Shown in pieces: positions 60,370 through 64,000 of a stretch of 64,000 nucleotides of DNA. The translations under genes were made by a program, and so were the position numbers. Origin of the DNA: Cyanobacteria bacterium P01_A01_bin.123. GTDB lineage: Bacteria > Cyanobacteriota > Cyanobacteriia > Phormidesmidales > Phormidesmidaceae. The stretch spans positions 1 to 64,000 of the forward strand of contig JBCBZT010000005.1 of NCBI GenBank assembly GCA_039815185.1, in the 5' to 3' direction. Each line of letters starts with the position of its first letter. Within the stretch, counting starts at the first letter, position 1. The notes beneath the pieces are model-generated. The model made no database searches, had not been told where the DNA came from, and saw nothing but the letters and a program-made list of their open reading frames with translations.

Positions 60370-61653
60370 TTAGGCTAAGACTGGCACGGGGATGGAAAGG
60401 TGGGGATAGAGCGGAAAGCGATCGCAGAGAGCAGCTACTCGCTGACGGCAACCTTGGGTTGTGGCGTCATTGTCGGGGTCTAACAAGCGATCGGCAATAA
60501 TGTTAGCGATTTCCACAAATTCATCAGTCCCCATGCCGCGGGTGGTCATGGCTGGGGAGCCCAACCGCAGTCCGCTGGTCACAAAGGGAGACTCTGGATC
60601 AAAAGGCACGGTATTTTTATTGGCGGTGATGTTCACTGCACTGACCAGCTGATCGGCTCGCTTGCCAGTCATGCCAATGGAGCGTAGATCAACCAACACT
60701 AGGTGATTATCTGTTCCGCCAGATACCACTTTAAAGCTGCGGGTTTGCAGTTGTGCTGCTAGGGCCTTGGCATTTTCAATCACTTGGGCCGAATAGGTCT
60801 TGAAGTCGGGTTTGAGGGCTTCACCAAAAGCCACAGCCTTGGCCGCGATTACGTGCTCTAAAGGCCCCCCCTGACTACCGGGGAATACGGCCTTATTAAA
60901 CTTTTTGCCCAATTCGGCATCGCGGGTCAAAATCAGGCCACCGCGGGGACCGCGCAGGGTTTTATGGGTCGTTGTGGTGACCACGTCGCAATAGGGTACG
61001 GGGTTGGGATGCAGCCCAGCGGCGACTAACCCTGCAATATGGGCAATGTCGGCCATCAGATAGGCCCCAACTTCGTCAGCGATCGCGCGGAATTTGTCAA
61101 AGTGAATCGTACGCGGGTAAGCCGAGTAGCCACAGATAATCATCTTCGGACGATGCTGTAAGGCTAGTTCACGAATCTGGTCGTAGTTGAGCTGCTCGGT
61201 CTCGGGGTCAACACCATACTGCTCGACTTTGAACCATTTGCCCGACACATTCACTGGAGAACCATGGGTCAAGTGCCCACCATGGGACAAATCCATGCCC
61301 AAAATCATGTCCCCTGGCTGTAATAGGGCTAAGAACACTGCAAAGTTCGCCTGGGCACCGGAGTGGGGTTGCACATTGGCATGGGCTGCCCCAAATAATT
61401 CTTTGACCCGATCAATGGCCAGTTGTTCAACCTGATCGACAAACTCACAACCCCCGTAGTAACGCTTTCCGGGTAGACCCTCAGCATATTTATTCGTCAG
61501 TGAAGATCCTTGAGCTGCCATCACCGCCGCTGATGTGAAATTCTCGCTAGCGATCAACTCTAAGTGGTCGCGCTGCCGCTGAAGCTCATGGCGAATCATA
61601 TCCGCGATCGCAGGGTCAGCATCAATCAAAAAATCTAGGTTAGTTTGCGGCAC
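60370..61653 (-). CDS. glyA: Serine hydroxymethyltransferase
   Basis: [38 protein letters not shown] start. Confidence 0.98.
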   Translation of the reverse strand: MPQTNLDFLIDADPAIADMIRHELQRQRDHLELIASENFTSAAVMAAQGSSLTNKYAEGLPGKRYYGGCEFVDQVEQLAIDRVKELFGAAHANVQPHSGAQANFAVFLALLQPGDMILGMDLSHGGHLTHGSPVNVSGKWFKVEQYGVDPETEQLNYDQIRELALQHRPKMIICGYSAYPRTIHFDKFRAIADEVGAYLMADIAHIAGLVAAGLHPNPVPYCDVVTTTTHKTLRGPRGGLILTRDAELGKKFNKAVFPGSQGGPLEHVIAAKAVAFGEALKPDFKTYSAQVIENAKALAAQLQTRSFKVVSGGTDNHLVLVDLRSIGMTGKRADQLVSAVNITANKNTVPFDPESPFVTSGLRLGSPAMTTRGMGTDEFVEIANIIADRLLDPDNDATTQGCRQRVAALCDRFPLYPHLSIPVPVLA

Positions 61654-61948
61654 AGGCTCAAATCTCCCAGGAATGCTTAATTTCGCATCTCAAACAACCC
61701 TCACCCTAGTAAAGGTTTGGTGTTGAGTAACTGATCATAACCTTCAATTTAAGATTTTTGTATCCCACATTTGGACCGCCCCTGACAGACGTAAGCGAAC
61801 CCTTGACCCCATCCAGACTGAATGTTTCCCTTCCGTTAACATTCAAGCTTTCAAACGGGATGGGCGTCATGCTTGTCAAGGCAACTCATTGCTGAAAGTG
61901 CATCTGGAAACCATAGAAAAGCTACGGATTGGCCACTTAAAATCTCAA

Positions 61949-61973
61949 AATGTAACGCTTTGCAACATATAAT
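61949..61973 (+). promoter_or_regulatory. HLR1 (RpaB)-like direct repeat abutting a TATAAT -10 box
   Basis: Reverse strand GTTGCAAA-gc-GTTACATT at 61949-61966; TATAAT at 61968-61973. Confidence 0.55.
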
Positions 61974-62027
61974 GAAAGGGTTACGAAATCAGCAAAATTG
62001 CTGAGTCAGCTTGAGGGGTAAGCGTAA

Positions 62028-62396
62028 ATGCAAGTTGCGATCGCTGGGGCTAGTCTGGTCGGATTATCGAATCTTAAGTCTTGGATTGATGCAGGGTGCA
62101 CACCTACTGTGCTAGAGCGTTTGAATGTGCTGGGGAGCAATACCTGTCGCGAATTTGCCACCCCCGAAGAATCGAATTATGAGGCTACCCCAAGCCAGCC
62201 AGCTTACTGTCTTAGTTTAAAGAGCCCAGATGCCAATTTTTGCTTGACTGGGGACTATGCCATGCCGCGATATCTTGCGAATATGGAAGTAACGGTCTTA
62301 TCAGGTAAGCTAACAGCGCAGGCGATCGCTTATCGCCCTGTATGCTTCCCGGTAGCAGAGGGATCTATCTTTAAACTTGAGCCCCCTGGAGTTTAG
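62028..62396 (+). pseudogene. pds: Phytoene desaturase remnant (in-frame internal deletion, diverged)
   Basis: MQVAIAGASLVGLS...DAG.TP.VLER..VLG joined to YEATP...P.ANF.LTGDY.M.RYLA.ME..VLSGKLTAQAI; located directly upstream of crtB. Confidence 0.88.
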
Positions 62397-62611
62397 GGGT
62401 CAAACAGCCAAATCTGACGTAGATCTTGGTGCTTTAACCAACATATCTATGGGGTTGACCTTAAATTTGGTTTGAGATTAGGGTTTATCCTTAAGCGGCG
62501 AGTTCAGTTTATCCATCGCTGGCAGCTTACCCCAAGCCCATTGAGTTTGCTTTGATCCAGTGCCCTGTCCTGCTTAACGCTTCCCTGTCCACATGCCAGC
62601 TTGGGATATTG

Positions 62612-63541
62612 ATGCTGCAATTGACTAAATCAGCTCCTACCAAAACTTTCGCCCCCCTTAGCGAATCCTATGAGCGCTGCCGTCAGATTACGGCGAAGTA
62701 CTCTAAAACGTTCTACCTCGGCACATTACTGATGGCAGAGGCCAAACGAAAGGCAATTTGGGCAATTTACGTTTGGTGTCGGCGTACCGATGAACTCGTT
62801 GATGGTCCCCAGGGGCAATTTACGACTGAGGAAACCCTAAAACAGTGGGAGCATCAGCTAGAGTCGATTTTTGCAGGTCAGCCCTTGGATGATTTAGACG
62901 TTGCTTTGGTGGATACCCTAGCCCAATTTCCCCAAGATATTCAGCCCTATCGCGATATGATTGCTGGGCAGCGAATGGATCTGCACCGCTGCCGCTATGA
63001 AACCTTTGATGAACTTAAGCTCTATTGTTATCGCGTTGCAGGCACTGTGGGGCTGATGTCCACGGTGGTGATGGGCTTTGATGATAGCTATAGCAGCGCG
63101 CCTTGGAGTCCGTTCAAATCATCTCCGACCCCCACAGAAGAAGCGATCGCCTTGGGGGTTGCCAACCAGCTTACCAATATTTTGCGCGATGTGGGTGAAG
63201 ATGCCCGTCGGGGTCGTATTTACTTACCCCTAGAAGACTTGGCAACCTTTGGCTACAGCGAAGAAGATTTACTCAACAGCGTTAATGATCACCGCTGGAA
63301 GGCCTTGATGCAGTTTCAAATTCAGCGCGCTAGAGCCTACTACGCCATTGCAGAAAAAGGCATTCGCGTGCTCAGCCCTGATGCCCGTTGGCCGGTGTGG
63401 TCGGCGTTGATGCTCTATCGCAAGATTCTTGATGTAATCGAAGAAAACCAATATGACGTGTTCAGCAAACGCGCCTATGTACCGTCGCTACGCAAATTTG
63501 TGTGTTTACCCATAGCCCTTGTACGCGCCCGCGTATCCTAG
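62612..63541 (+). CDS. crtB: Phytoene synthase
   Basis: YSKTFYLGT, WCRRTDELVD, YCYRVAGTVG, NQLTNILRDVGED..RGRIYLP. Confidence 0.97.
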   Translation: MLQLTKSAPTKTFAPLSESYERCRQITAKYSKTFYLGTLLMAEAKRKAIWAIYVWCRRTDELVDGPQGQFTTEETLKQWEHQLESIFAGQPLDDLDVALVDTLAQFPQDIQPYRDMIAGQRMDLHRCRYETFDELKLYCYRVAGTVGLMSTVVMGFDDSYSSAPWSPFKSSPTPTEEAIALGVANQLTNILRDVGEDARRGRIYLPLEDLATFGYSEEDLLNSVNDHRWKALMQFQIQRARAYYAIAEKGIRVLSPDARWPVWSALMLYRKILDVIEENQYDVFSKRAYVPSLRKFVCLPIALVRARVS

Positions 63542-63573
63542 CGCTAGTGATGACTACCCCAAGGCTTTAGCCT

Positions 63574-64000
63574 TTAGTAATAAGCCTCAATCTCTTTGTG
63601 ATTGAGGGCGAGGGCAATGTTTAAATGCTCTAAGGATTGCACTAACCAAGGAATTTCGCCCTTACGGGTTTGCTCATAGAGGTGAAAGAGAATACCAAAG
63701 CGCTCTTCAAACCAGGGGCGCACCGCCTTACAAAACATCACCACCTTTAATAGCACGCCAACCGTGATCGTATGACCCACATCCTTTAACAAGTTTCGAA
63801 AGTTGACGGTGTTAGGCCGCTTCAAGTTTTCAATCACCAAGAACTCCAAGGCTCGGCGGCAGACTTGGACGATCATTGTTTGGTTGATGGGCATGTCACC
63901 ATCAGCAGCGCTCTCCAGATGCTGACGCAAACGCCGCCCAAAAAGGTTGTTTTGGTAGCGGGGATTTTCACGGCTGAGGGTTTCCAGCAAGTAAGCGGTA
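63574..64000 (-). CDS. Conserved cyanobacterial hypothetical protein, C-terminal part (5' truncated)
   Basis: Frame stays open to the window edge; LLKVV.FC..VRP..E.RF.ILF..YE, WLVQSLE.LNIAL. Confidence 0.75.
   Translation of the reverse strand, partial: TAYLLETLSRENPRYQNNLFGRRLRQHLESAADGDMPINQTMIVQVCRRALEFLVIENLKRPNTVNFRNLLKDVGHTITVGVLLKVVMFCKAVRPWFEERFGILFHLYEQTRKGEIPWLVQSLEHLNIALALNHKEIEAYY

Noticed and set aside
61654..62027. ZTP or glycine riboswitch upstream of glyA
   Set aside because: The conserved core sequences were not found by eye
1090..63451. Numerous 60-140 aa ORF-track entries antisense to or nested in long genes
   Set aside because: Shadow ORFs of well-supported CDSs with no independent motifs

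Overview
Cyanobacterial chromosomal DNA: the HIP1 octamer GCGATCGC recurs throughout, and psbA, hli, pmgA-like and crtB genes are present. The backbone is mostly housekeeping genes (3' end of psbA, gdhA, pspA, menB, hemJ, scpB, secA, futB, tag, glyA, crtB) with accessory genes interspersed. No rRNA, tRNA, CRISPR array or transposase was recognised. The most notable items are: (1) a co-oriented three-gene module of a PaxB/Pyr4-like membrane terpene-cyclase homologue, a 7TM-DISM histidine kinase and a receiver-class III cyclase with atypical specificity residues, followed by a pseudo-receiver/degenerate-GGDEF/EAL protein; (2) a stand-alone ~1326-aa NodU/CmcH carbamoyltransferase fused to an NPPF-type SAM methyltransferase; (3) six copies of a ~105-bp two-hairpin element with TATA-like ends, showing covariation and a consistent orientation downstream of genes; (4) four genes reduced to fused N- and C-terminal remnants (pds, feoA-feoB, Uma2, NTPase-TPR); (5) several small ORFs, including an 8-Cys tandem-repeat protein beside the feo locus and two ORFs after psbA that the ORF track misses. 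All family assignments come from reading motifs by eye; no database search was run.
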